DNA of 64,000 nucleotides from Patescibacteria group bacterium (GCA_016784175.1 JADHVC010000002.1:330-64329); one strand, 5' to 3'; positions 1-8,859 are shown, counted from the stretch's first letter. A program made the numbers and translations. The notes: generated from the sequence alone by a model not told the origin.

Positions 1-1
1 T

Positions 2-1246
2 GTTTGTGGTGATGGAATAATGCAAGCTTCAAACAGTGAAGTATGTGATGGTGCTGATGGTTTGGATGGTCAGAGTTGCCTTGGTGTTAATAATAATGTT
101 TTGTGTGATTCTACTTGTTCTGCTATGTATTGTAGTAATGGTGGGGTTGTGTATGCAGGTATGTGTGGAGACGCAGTTCGTCAAGGACCAGAGATTTGTG
201 AATCTGGAGAAACGAGTGTTTGCAATACTTTGACAGATTATGCAGGAACAAAATTGTGTGCGGCGGGATGTGCTGCTTGGTCAAATGAATGTACTAGCGC
301 ATTATTTTGCGGAGACCGTATTGTTAATGGAACCGAACAGTGCGAAGCACCAGGCAATGGAACAGGTCCTAATAATCAATATGCTTGTACGAATTGTCGA
401 TGGACTGGCGGTTACTGTGGTGATAGTGTTGGGCAAGGAGCGGAAATTTGCGATGGTAGTGACCTAAAAGGCGGAACTTGCGCTTCGCAAGGTTTTAAGA
501 TGGGAACCTTAGCTTGTAATTCTGATTGTAAAACGTTTAATACCAGTGCTTGTATAAATACAGCCACCCTTACGGGTAATGTAAAAGCAGTTAAAACTGG
601 TGCTAATATCGCCGGTGCTACCATTACTGTTGCAGGCAAAACTGCTACAACTGACGCTGCTGGTAATTTTAGTATCACAGATCTTCAAACTAACGCTACT
701 TATACTGCTACAATAGTTGCAAATGGGTTTGCGAATAATACCAGCTATTCGTTCAATTTTACTGGGGCAACAAATATCGAGCCATATCTATTCCCTGCTG
801 GCTGGCCTGGTGGTGTTCTTGCAGTTGTTACTCGTTGGAATGGCAAGCCAACTGACTTGGACCTTTACATGGCAAAAGATACAAATGAATCCATTAGTCT
901 ACCTTATAATACAGCTACAGCTGGGGGTGTACAGGCAAGTTATAATACTGTACCTAAAGGTGGAATGGTCAGTAATGGCGATATGTATAGCAGTGTTGGT
1001 CAAGAAATGATTACTATTACGGCGGTTGACACTTCAAAAATATATCATGCTTACGCTAAGGATGCCAGTTCTCTTCAGGGCTATGATGCTAATGTGAGAG
1101 CGCTAGTTTTTGATGGCACTGGTCGTCTAATAAAGACATTGAATGGTGCGTCTCAACCAACTAGTAAATATTGGAATCCATTTAAAATAACCTTTACATC
1201 TGCAACGAACTTTACAGTTACCGATGTTAATACTTATTCAAATTAA
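2..1246 (+). CDS. Cys-rich-repeat secreted surface protein (5' end outside window)
   Basis: The frame of ORF 20..1246 stays open to nt 2 (VCGDGIM...). Four CGD-x(5-8)-E-x-C units (CGDGIMQASNSEVC, CGDAVRQGPEIC, CGDRIVNGTEQC, CGDSVGQGAEIC) resemble the myxococcal-type Cys-rich repeat. A CarboxypepD_reg-like stretch follows (ATITVAGKTATTDAAGNFSITDL). Confidence 0.6.
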   Translation, partial: VCGDGIMQASNSEVCDGADGLDGQSCLGVNNNVLCDSTCSAMYCSNGGVVYAGMCGDAVRQGPEICESGETSVCNTLTDYAGTKLCAAGCAAWSNECTSALFCGDRIVNGTEQCEAPGNGTGPNNQYACTNCRWTGGYCGDSVGQGAEICDGSDLKGGTCASQGFKMGTLACNSDCKTFNTSACINTATLTGNVKAVKTGANIAGATITVAGKTATTDAAGNFSITDLQTNATYTATIVANGFANNTSYSFNFTGATNIEPYLFPAGWPGGVLAVVTRWNGKPTDLDLYMAKDTNESISLPYNTATAGGVQASYNTVPKGGMVSNGDMYSSVGQEMITITAVDTSKIYHAYAKDASSLQGYDANVRALVFDGTGRLIKTLNGASQPTSKYWNPFKITFTSATNFTVTDVNTYSN

Positions 1247-1295
1247 TAGCTTCTGTTAAAGTAACTAATTTATTTCAATTCAAGCATAAAAAATT

Positions 1296-2036
1296 ATGAC
1301 TATCCCTCACTACTATATTAAATTTATTGCATTCTTTGGTTGTCTATTTCTTCTCTCTATTTTGTTTTTTGTGTTTAATCGTGGTGCTAACGATGGTGTA
1401 AAGACCGTTCAGGTAAAAAATGAAGGTGCATTAACCGAAACTGCCCAAGAGAATAGTAAAAATGTTACAGTTGAGGTAAAAAATGAAGGTGCATTAACCG
1501 AAACTGCCCAAGAGAATAGTAATAATATTGTTGGAAAAAGTGAGCAAGATGTAAGCCCAGTGGTTGTAGATGAAGTTGTTACCATAAATATTGAAACTAT
1601 TAAATCAGAAGAAAATGACTATTTAACTGACGCTGAAAAAGAGGGTCTTGGTATTCGAAAAACAGTAATAGTAAAAGCATTAGAGCGTGATACTAATGGT
1701 CGTGTTTTGTCTTTTAAGATAGAAAAAGACCCTTTATTTATTGACTCCGATGAAGATGGTCTGTCAGACTCAGAAGAGGAAAATGAATTTGGTACCGATA
1801 AAAATAACTATGACACAGATGGTGATAATGCCTCCGACGGTGACGAAGTTATGAATGGCACTAATCCTCTTGTAAACGAAAATCTTCTAGACTCTGATAA
1901 CGACGGTCTTACTGATGCGCAAGAAATGGGTAAATACAAAACTGATAAAAATAATGCCGATACAGACGGAGACGGTTACTCCGATGGCGATGAAATAAAT
2001 GCTGGGTTTAATCCATTGGGCGAGGGTAAGTTATAA
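1296..2036 (+). CDS. Membrane-anchored protein with thrombospondin-type-3-like Ca-binding repeats
   Basis: N-terminal hydrophobic helix (FIAFFGCLFLLSILFFVF). 21-aa tandem duplication. Four DxDxDGxxDxxE units (DSDEDGLSDSEE, DTDGDNASDGDE, DSDNDGLTDAQE, DTDGDGYSDGDE). The stop codon TAA at 2034-2036 is the first 3 nt of a repeat-element fragment. Confidence 0.6.
   Translation: MTIPHYYIKFIAFFGCLFLLSILFFVFNRGANDGVKTVQVKNEGALTETAQENSKNVTVEVKNEGALTETAQENSNNIVGKSEQDVSPVVVDEVVTINIETIKSEENDYLTDAEKEGLGIRKTVIVKALERDTNGRVLSFKIEKDPLFIDSDEDGLSDSEEENEFGTDKNNYDTDGDNASDGDEVMNGTNPLVNENLLDSDNDGLTDAQEMGKYKTDKNNADTDGDGYSDGDEINAGFNPLGEGKL
1411..1522 (+). repeat. Intragenic tandem repeat, period 63 nt, two units
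   Basis: The 49-nt string AGGTAAAAAATGAAGGTGCATTAACCGAAACTGCCCAAGAGAATAGTAA occurs identically at 1411-1459 and 1474-1522. It encodes VKNEGALTETAQENS twice. Confidence 0.9.
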
Positions 2037-2070
2037 GCGAAAAAGTGATGCAGATATAGTGAGCAGTTAC
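2034..2070 (+). mobile_element. Fragment (right end, 37 nt) of the 189-bp foldback element
   Basis: TAAGCGAAAAAGTGATGCAGATATAGTGAGCAGTTAC matches the last 37 nt of the full copies (for example 39262-39298). Confidence 0.85.
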
Positions 2071-2120
2071 TTATAAAAGAAATAAAGATAAATTGTTTTA
2101 AAATAAATTAATAATAAAAA

Positions 2121-2155
2121 AATCACTAACAATTTCGTTGGTGATTTTATTTTTG
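2121..2155 (+). terminator. Rho-independent terminator candidate
   Basis: AATCACTAAC / GTTGGTGATT 10-bp stem (one G:U) with loop AATTTC, followed by TTATTTTTG. It lies downstream of 1296..2036. Confidence 0.6.
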
Positions 2156-2250
2156 TAACTTTACTTAAGCGTTAATTTTTTGATATTTTAGTAGTTCCCT
2201 AGGAGCTATTTTTTTAGTATAATATATGTATAATCTATTCAAATATATTA

Positions 2251-3621
2251 ATGGTGGAAATTATACAAAAATATCTCACACTACCTCAAGAAATTCGGGC
2301 TAAACTAGCTAGTCCGGAAATTTTAAGCGTTGTGGAAAAATTAGAAGGTAAGTATGAACGAAAACTTTCCCAAGTAATAATGAGAGTGATGATAAAAGAA
2401 TTAGAAGTCTCTGAGCTTGTTGATCAGTTTGTTTATATCCACAAACTAGAGAGAGGCTTAGCAGAAGAATTAGTAGCAGATTTGAAAAAAAATATTTTTT
2501 GCCTGGTGCACGAATACATTAACTGGGATGATCCCATGTGCAGTGTCTTAAATGAAAACAAACAATTAGTTAGTGCTATACAGCCAGAGAATAACCAGGA
2601 AATAGAAGCTAAGATCGAAAGTATTTTAAATCAGGCTAATTTAAGTTTCGCATCTTCTGTGCTTAATGCAAGGATGCGCGACATTATAAAGACAAATTTA
2701 ATTGGAGTGCGTGATTGTATAGCAACGAAAGAAACTCTAATGAAGTCTATAAAAAGTGGGGGTCTAGGTTTGAGCGAAGAAAGTGTTGAAAAAATAATAA
2801 AAAATTTAAAATGTGAGGTTAAAGCAGTTCAGGCACAAGCTCAAGAAATTAAAGACAATATTATAAAAGCTCAAGAGAAAGTTTCGGTCAAGCCATTACA
2901 AAGAGATGTCGAATATAATTTTACACAATTTACTAAACCAGCAAATGTAGGCGTCTTTGATGTTCCAAAGTCTGTTGCCAAACCAAGGCAAAGGGTTCCT
3001 GTGATAGAAGAGCCAACCACTGCATCTCAAAAGAAGGCCAAGGCAGTACTAGAGGCATATGGCACATTGGGTACGAGTGCGAGTAAGCAAGAGCGACCAA
3101 AGAAAGAAGGTTTTTTTAGAAGCTTAATGTCAATCATGCCTAGCAAAAAAGACCAAGAAAGAGTTCAAGAGATCGAAAGGCAAAGGCGAACTCAAAGTAA
3201 ATATAGGGTTGTTACGCCAAGTAATTTAGCTCAAGTTAGTCAAGTTACTTCTGACGGAAAAGTAAAAATGGAAGATATTCGCTATATCCCACGCACTATG
3301 GGCCCAATCGACGAGATTGCCAGCTTTAATTTAGTTGACTTAAGGCGTTTGCACAATAATCCACAAACAGCTATAATAAAGATAAGAGAAAAGATAAATT
3401 TAATTGGTGAAGAGGGTATCTTAAGAAGGCAGGAAGCCAAACATGCTTGGCGATCAAGCCCTACAAACAGAACCTATCTAGAGATCGGTCAACTTTGTAT
3501 TAAGGAAGGCAAAACAGTTGATGAAGTAATTGAATCTCTTAAGGATGCTGGAAAGAATTATTTAAATATTGATGAGTTCAATGCCATTTCAGAGCTAAAT
3601 AATCAACTAAGATATGATTAA
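2251..3621 (+). CDS. Hypothetical protein (456 aa), first gene of the T4SS-like gene string
   Basis: Long ORF only 9 nt upstream of the PrgI-like gene. I recognise no catalytic motif. It has a charged low-complexity middle section (KPRQRVPVIEEPTTASQKKAKA). Confidence 0.5.
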   Translation: MVEIIQKYLTLPQEIRAKLASPEILSVVEKLEGKYERKLSQVIMRVMIKELEVSELVDQFVYIHKLERGLAEELVADLKKNIFCLVHEYINWDDPMCSVLNENKQLVSAIQPENNQEIEAKIESILNQANLSFASSVLNARMRDIIKTNLIGVRDCIATKETLMKSIKSGGLGLSEESVEKIIKNLKCEVKAVQAQAQEIKDNIIKAQEKVSVKPLQRDVEYNFTQFTKPANVGVFDVPKSVAKPRQRVPVIEEPTTASQKKAKAVLEAYGTLGTSASKQERPKKEGFFRSLMSIMPSKKDQERVQEIERQRRTQSKYRVVTPSNLAQVSQVTSDGKVKMEDIRYIPRTMGPIDEIASFNLVDLRRLHNNPQTAIIKIREKINLIGEEGILRRQEAKHAWRSSPTNRTYLEIGQLCIKEGKTVDEVIESLKDAGKNYLNIDEFNAISELNNQLRYD

Positions 3622-3630
3622 AATAAAGGC

Positions 3631-4056
3631 ATGAGAAAGTTTACCGTACCACAATTTATCGATATAGAAGACAAAATACTTGGTCCATTAACAGTGAGGC
3701 AATTTTTGATAATGTTAGTGTGTTTTATGGTTCTCTTTATCTACTATAAGGTTTTTGATTTTACTTTATTTGTTGTGGCTGGATTACCAACATTCGGAGT
3801 CTTTGGAGTTCTGGCTTTTACTAAAGTTAACGGAAGACCATTCCATTATTTTATACTTAATTTAATTCAGACCGCAAAAAAACCAGGGCTTAGGGTGTGG
3901 AGCAATGCCGACATAGATAATTTATCCGAAATCGAAGAATTTGTAAAAGAAGAGCTAGACTACATTCCAATATCTGCTACGCCAGTAAGTTCTTCAAGAT
4001 TAACCGAATTGTCACTGGTGGTAGATACTACTGGAACATATAAAGGTAAAGCATAA
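3631..4056 (+). CDS. PrgI-family / VirB3-like small membrane protein
   Basis: The N-terminus FTVPQFIDIEDKILGPLTVRQFLIMLVCFMVLFIY followed by a second hydrophobic helix is the typical PrgI-family pattern. The gene sits immediately upstream of the VirB4-like genes. Confidence 0.65.
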   Translation: MRKFTVPQFIDIEDKILGPLTVRQFLIMLVCFMVLFIYYKVFDFTLFVVAGLPTFGVFGVLAFTKVNGRPFHYFILNLIQTAKKPGLRVWSNADIDNLSEIEEFVKEELDYIPISATPVSSSRLTELSLVVDTTGTYKGKA

Positions 4057-4074
4057 ATATAAAATTATTACGAC

Positions 4075-4764
4075 ATGGCAAAACCAAAGCCTGACAATTT
4101 AGCTAGCAATAAGATCAGAACTGCTACTCAAAAGTATTTAGATATTACTGAAATAAAAGAAGATACAGTAATTTTACGAGATGGAGGTATGCGAGCAGTT
4201 ATGCTGGTTTCGAGTATAAATTTTGCCTTAAAGAGTGAGGATGAACAAGAAGCCCTTGTGTCTGGGTATATTAGTTTTTTAAATACCCTTGATTTTCCTT
4301 TGCAGATTGTAATTCAGTCTCGCGAACTTGATATGGATTCCTATATTAAAGAACTTCGAGAAAAAGAAAGGGAGCAAACAAACGAACTACTCAAAATGCA
4401 AATGCATGAACATACAGCTTACATCGAAGAACTTATCTCGATTGGAAGGATCATGAATAAAAGGTTTTATGTGGTTGTGCCGTATCATCCAGGGTCAGAC
4501 TTGCATAAAAGCTTTTTTTCTTCACTAGCTGATGCATTTAAGCCAGCCGTTTTAATCAGGATTAAAGAAAAAGTTTTTTGGAAGAAAAGAGATGAGCTAA
4601 CAAAACGAGTTGTTAGAGTTAAATCTGGTCTATCGTCTGTTGGTTTAACGGCTGTTGATTTAGATACTCAAGCATTAATTGAGCTTTATTATAATAGTTA
4701 TAATCCTGTTACGTCTGCAAGAGAAAAAATGACTAATGTCCAAGATTTAAGAGTGATAACTTGA
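4075..4764 (+). CDS. VirB4 N-terminal-domain-like protein (possible detached first domain of VirB4)
   Basis: ATQKYLDITEIKEDTVILRDGGMRAVMLVSSINFALKSEDEQEALVSGYISFLNTLDFPLQIVIQS matches, from memory, the pattern at the extreme N-terminus of Gram-positive VirB4/TrsE-type ATPases. The gene ends 21 nt before the ATPase gene. Confidence 0.45.
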   Translation: MAKPKPDNLASNKIRTATQKYLDITEIKEDTVILRDGGMRAVMLVSSINFALKSEDEQEALVSGYISFLNTLDFPLQIVIQSRELDMDSYIKELREKEREQTNELLKMQMHEHTAYIEELISIGRIMNKRFYVVVPYHPGSDLHKSFFSSLADAFKPAVLIRIKEKVFWKKRDELTKRVVRVKSGLSSVGLTAVDLDTQALIELYYNSYNPVTSAREKMTNVQDLRVIT

Positions 4765-4785
4765 TATATTTCATGAATAAAAAAA

Positions 4786-6723
4786 ATGATTGATCCATTT
4801 AAATTTCAACAACAAGAAGCAGAAATTGCCGAGAAAAAAAAGTTGGTCGCAATAAAAGACGAAAAGCAAGTCGCACAAGCTGTTGAGTCAACGGAAGAAC
4901 TTGTAGAAGAGGAAAAGACCTATCGGAGGGGCGCTATCTCTATTCGAGATTTAATTGCCCCAGCTAGCATAAAAATAATGCCTGACTATTTACGGTTGGG
5001 GTCTAAATACGTGAGAACTATTTTTGTGGTTAATTATCCGCGTTATATTAGTGTTGGTTGGTTTACGCCGATTGTTAATTTAAACCAGACCTTTGATATT
5101 GCCATGTACTTTTACCCAATAAAAAGTTCTGTAATATTAGACCAACTGAAGAAAAAGGCCGGAGCAATGGAGGCTCAAATTCTAGCTGATGCGGAAAAAG
5201 GTGCAGCTCGTGATCCGCTTAGAGAAACCGCACTCCGCGATATTGAAGAATTACGCGATAATCTTACCCAGGGAACAGAAAAGTTTTTTCAATTTGGGCT
5301 TTATGTAACAATATATACCGAGTCAGAAGACGAGTTAGACAAGCTTTCAGATGAAATAGAAAGCCTATTTGGATCTCGTTTAGTTTATTCAAAAAAGGTG
5401 TTTTATCAATCTGAACAGGGTTTTAACTCTACTCTTCCACTTAGCAATGATGAGCTATATATAGTATTTAACATGAATTCATCGCCGGTTGCGTCTTCTT
5501 TTCCTTTTATGTCCTGTGACCTAACAAGCGACCACGGTGTGCTTTACGGTGTAAATAGACACAATAATAGTTTGATAATTTTTGATAGGTTTAGTTTGCA
5601 AAATGCTAATACTGTTGTGTTTGCTACATCTGGTGCTGGTAAAAGTTATGCTATCAAATTGGAAGTACTAAGAAGTTTAATGTTAGGAACAGATGTAATA
5701 ATTATTGATCCAGAGTACGAATATAAACACTTGTCCGATGCAGTTGGTGGTACATATATTAATATTTCATTAGCTAGTGAAAGCAAGCTTAATCCTTTTG
5801 ATTTACCTCGAGCTATCGGTGAGGAAGCTAAAGCAGAAGACATCATTAGAAGTGCCGTCATTACAATTAAAGGTCTAATAAAATTGATGGTTGGATCATT
5901 AACTTACGAAGAAGATTCAATAGTTGATAGAGCATTATTAGAAACTTATGCAAAAAAAGATATTACTCCCGAGAGCGATCTAACTAAAGTCGAAGTTCCA
6001 ATTATGCAAGATTTTTATGATCTTTTAGACGGCATGGAAGGTGGATCAAATATTGCATTAAGATTATCAAAATACACAGAGGGTACATTTGCTGGGTTAA
6101 TTAATAATCCCACCAATGTTGAAATGGACAATCAGCTTGTATCTTTTTCAGTAAGAGACTTAGAAGACGAATTAAGACCAATTGGAATATATACAATTGT
6201 AAACTATATCTGGAATGTAGTAAGGTCGGAAAGGAAAAAACGTATTCTTGTGATTGATGAGGCATGGTGGTTAATGCAAAGTGAAGATTCTGCTAAGTTT
6301 GTTTTTGCTTTAGTGAAGCGATGCAGAAAATATTATTTAGGTGTAACAACTATAACTCAAGATGTAAACGATTTTTTAACTTCCCCTTATGGTAAGGCGA
6401 TTGTAACGAACTCAAGTTTACAAATATTATTAAAACAATCTCCAGCTGCTATCGATCTAATCCAAAAAACATTCATGCTAACAGATGGTGAGAAATACTT
6501 ATTGTTAGAGTGTGGTATAGGTGAAGGAATATTCTTTGCAGGTAATAAGCATGCTGCTATCAAGATCGTGGCTTCTTATACAGAAGATCAACTCATCACT
6601 TCTGATCCTGGGCAATTAATGGCGATAGAGGGAGAAAAGAAGGAATTCGAAGAACATCAAAAGCAACTAAGGGGGGAAGCTGGTGAAGAGGGTGCGCCTG
6701 GTGTTGAGGACCTAGATATATAA
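4786..6723 (+). CDS. virB4: VirB4/TrsE-family type IV secretion ATPase
   Basis: Walker A is FATSGAGKSYAIK (GAGKS at nt 5632-5646). Walker B is RILVIDEAWWLM (nt 6241-6276). The region upstream of the ATPase (YVRTIFVVNYPRYISVGWFTPIVNL) is typical of VirB4. Confidence 0.85.
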   Translation: MIDPFKFQQQEAEIAEKKKLVAIKDEKQVAQAVESTEELVEEEKTYRRGAISIRDLIAPASIKIMPDYLRLGSKYVRTIFVVNYPRYISVGWFTPIVNLNQTFDIAMYFYPIKSSVILDQLKKKAGAMEAQILADAEKGAARDPLRETALRDIEELRDNLTQGTEKFFQFGLYVTIYTESEDELDKLSDEIESLFGSRLVYSKKVFYQSEQGFNSTLPLSNDELYIVFNMNSSPVASSFPFMSCDLTSDHGVLYGVNRHNNSLIIFDRFSLQNANTVVFATSGAGKSYAIKLEVLRSLMLGTDVIIIDPEYEYKHLSDAVGGTYINISLASESKLNPFDLPRAIGEEAKAEDIIRSAVITIKGLIKLMVGSLTYEEDSIVDRALLETYAKKDITPESDLTKVEVPIMQDFYDLLDGMEGGSNIALRLSKYTEGTFAGLINNPTNVEMDNQLVSFSVRDLEDELRPIGIYTIVNYIWNVVRSERKKRILVIDEAWWLMQSEDSAKFVFALVKRCRKYYLGVTTITQDVNDFLTSPYGKAIVTNSSLQILLKQSPAAIDLIQKTFMLTDGEKYLLLECGIGEGIFFAGNKHAAIKIVASYTEDQLITSDPGQLMAIEGEKKEFEEHQKQLRGEAGEEGAPGVEDLDI

Positions 6724-6756
6724 TATAATAAATATAAAAGTGAAGTTTTGTGTTTT

Positions 6757-7380
6757 ATGCCTAGAAATTTAATCGCATTAATAATTATAATAGTTGGTTT
6801 TTTGATGATTATTGGGATCAGTATTTTTATATACCAAGCTTCTAAGAGTCAACCAGATCAAGCGGTTACTGTAACCATTCCAAAAGAAGTTGCAGAAAAA
6901 GTTGCCACCGATACTCCGGTAGAATCTATCACAGCGAAAAAAAAATCGGTTGTAATTGAACAAAAAAAACAGCCCGAAGTTGTTGAAAAAAGCAGTGATG
7001 AAGAAGCTTTAGAGCGAATAGCTGGTAGTTTTATTGAGCGCTACGGAACACAATCAACAGCATCAAATTACTCAAATTTAGAAGATTCTCTTGTGTATAT
7101 GAGTGAAAAAATGAAAACGGAAACAAAAAACGAGCTTATTCAATTAAGGGCGGGTGGTGATGATATTAACGATTATCAAGGAATGACAACAAGAGCTGTC
7201 TCAAAAAAAATTATCGAATACGATAAAGAAAATGGAAGCGCAAAGGTGACAATTGGGACGATTAGAGCAAAGCTAAATGGGGATGTTCAGGATTTATCCA
7301 GAAAAAAACAGAATGTTGAAGTGCGTTTCGTGAAAGAATCTGGTACATGGAAGGTTGATGGTGTTGTTTGGGCAAAATAA
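6757..7380 (+). CDS. Bitopic membrane protein, VirB8/NTF2-like candidate
   Basis: One N-terminal TM helix (LIALIIIIVGFLMIIGISIFIY), a charged linker, then a ~120-aa C-terminal globular region ending GTWKVDGVVW. The ATG at 6757 is preferred over the TTG at 6748. The fold assignment rests on topology and position only. Confidence 0.4.
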   Translation: MPRNLIALIIIIVGFLMIIGISIFIYQASKSQPDQAVTVTIPKEVAEKVATDTPVESITAKKKSVVIEQKKQPEVVEKSSDEEALERIAGSFIERYGTQSTASNYSNLEDSLVYMSEKMKTETKNELIQLRAGGDDINDYQGMTTRAVSKKIIEYDKENGSAKVTIGTIRAKLNGDVQDLSRKKQNVEVRFVKESGTWKVDGVVWAK

Positions 7381-7415
7381 TCGCAAGACTTAAATAAAAG
7401 TAACATTAAATAATT

Positions 7416-8093
7416 ATGCAAAAGCGATATAAATTTGAAGGGGCAAGAAATATAAACTATTTATTTATTGCACAACTAATTTTGCTTGCGGTTATCACTT
7501 TTGTTTCTTCTAGGGTTATTATAAACAATGCTTTAGCTGATGAGGTTAATTTAGCAGAAAAGCTTAGCGGGCAAATATTAATTAATACAGAAAATGATGG
7601 CGAGCTTTGGTATGTAGATCCTACCACAAACAAAAGATTGTACCTAGATAGCGCTGATTTTGCCTATACTCTTTTAAGATCACGGGCAATTAGCACAAGT
7701 GCTCAGTCCATTAACGGATTACCAATGGGTCTTCTAAATGTAACTGATACTGATACAGATAGTGATGGTATTAGTGATAGGCTTGAAAAGATAATTGGTG
7801 GTAATGTTTACAGTGTTGATACTGACAATGATGGATTTGATGATAAAAATGAGGTATTAAGTAATTACAATTTAAATGGGAGCGGAAAGAAGATGTTAGA
7901 TAGTACTTTAATCGACAGCTTTCGAGGATATTTTATTTTGAATGTAGATGATAGTGATTCTGTTTGGTATATAAGTCCACGAGATTCTCGCAGGTACTTT
8001 ATTGGGGGTCCGCTAGATTTTAGCGCTGTTGTTAAGCAATTAGCTATTGGTATTAATCTTCAAGATCTAGGCGAAATTGAGAGTGAGGAATAG
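7416..8093 (+). CDS. Membrane-anchored or secreted protein with TSP3-like repeats and two WY-x-P...Y(L/F) modules
   Basis: N-terminal TM helix or signal sequence (LFIAQLILLAVITFVSS). DTDSDGISD and DTDNDGFDD motifs. Modules GELWYVDPTTNKRLYL and DSVWYISPRDSRRYFIGGP. Confidence 0.55.
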   Translation: MQKRYKFEGARNINYLFIAQLILLAVITFVSSRVIINNALADEVNLAEKLSGQILINTENDGELWYVDPTTNKRLYLDSADFAYTLLRSRAISTSAQSINGLPMGLLNVTDTDTDSDGISDRLEKIIGGNVYSVDTDNDGFDDKNEVLSNYNLNGSGKKMLDSTLIDSFRGYFILNVDDSDSVWYISPRDSRRYFIGGPLDFSAVVKQLAIGINLQDLGEIESEE

Positions 8094-8097
8094 TTTA

Positions 8098-8859
8098 ATG
8101 AAGATGACGGAAGGGTGGTCGGTAATAAAAATTAAAAACTTCATTCTCGACTTGCTTTTCCCGATAGAATGTTTTGGTTGTGGGAAAGAAGATATTTGGT
8201 TGTGCAAGCAATGTCACAAAAAAATAGCCTTCAATATAGATCAAAGTTGCTTAAAGTGTGGCGATGCTAACAATTTTGGTGAATTTTGTAAAAATTGTAA
8301 AAAGGATTCTTTTTTAGATGGTGTTCTAGTAGCTAGTTTTTATAAAGATGAAATTACAAAAAATTTAATTAAAAGCTTGAAATATTATTTTGCCAAAGAC
8401 ATCGCAAAAATATTAGGCGAATTTATAAATCTTTTTTTAAGAAACCAGTTGAATAAAGCTTGGCTAATCAAGCAAAGTAAAGATATTCCGCAATTCTTTA
8501 AAGACTTTAATGATGCTTTGTTAATTCCGGTTCCACTACATCCGAGGCGAGAGAGATGGCGCGGTTTTAATCAGTCTTTAAAGCTAGCTCAAGAAGTTAT
8601 TAAGCATTATCAATTTGAACTTTGTGATAATAAGCTAAAAAGAATAATACATAAAAAAGCCCAAGCTAAATTGCAAAATAGTCAACGGGAAGAAAATATT
8701 AATGGTTGCTTTGAGTGGCAAGGTCAAAATTTGGAAGGTAGGAACGTTATTATAATTGATGATGTGGTTACAACCGGCTCAACTCTACAAGAAATTGCTC
8801 GAGTTTTAAAAGAAAATGGCTCCGGCGAAGTATGGGGTTTGGCAGTAGCAAAGGGGTAA
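8098..8859 (+). CDS. comFC: ComF-family protein (ComFC, phosphoribosyltransferase-type competence protein)
   Basis: N-terminal 4-Cys zinc finger (CFGCGK...CKQCH; CLKCG...CKNC). C-terminal PRTase motif VIIIDDVVTTGSTL. The ATG at 8098, 4 nt after the upstream stop, is preferred over the TTG at 8077. Confidence 0.8.
   Translation: MKMTEGWSVIKIKNFILDLLFPIECFGCGKEDIWLCKQCHKKIAFNIDQSCLKCGDANNFGEFCKNCKKDSFLDGVLVASFYKDEITKNLIKSLKYYFAKDIAKILGEFINLFLRNQLNKAWLIKQSKDIPQFFKDFNDALLIPVPLHPRRERWRGFNQSLKLAQEVIKHYQFELCDNKLKRIIHKKAQAKLQNSQREENINGCFEWQGQNLEGRNVIIIDDVVTTGSTLQEIARVLKENGSGEVWGLAVAKG

Noticed and set aside
2251-8859. T4SS-like cluster interpreted as part of an integrative conjugative element or prophage.
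   Set aside because: No relaxase, coupling protein, integrase, phage structural genes or att-like repeats are seen in the window, and composition matches the host. This cannot be excluded for sequence to the left of the window.
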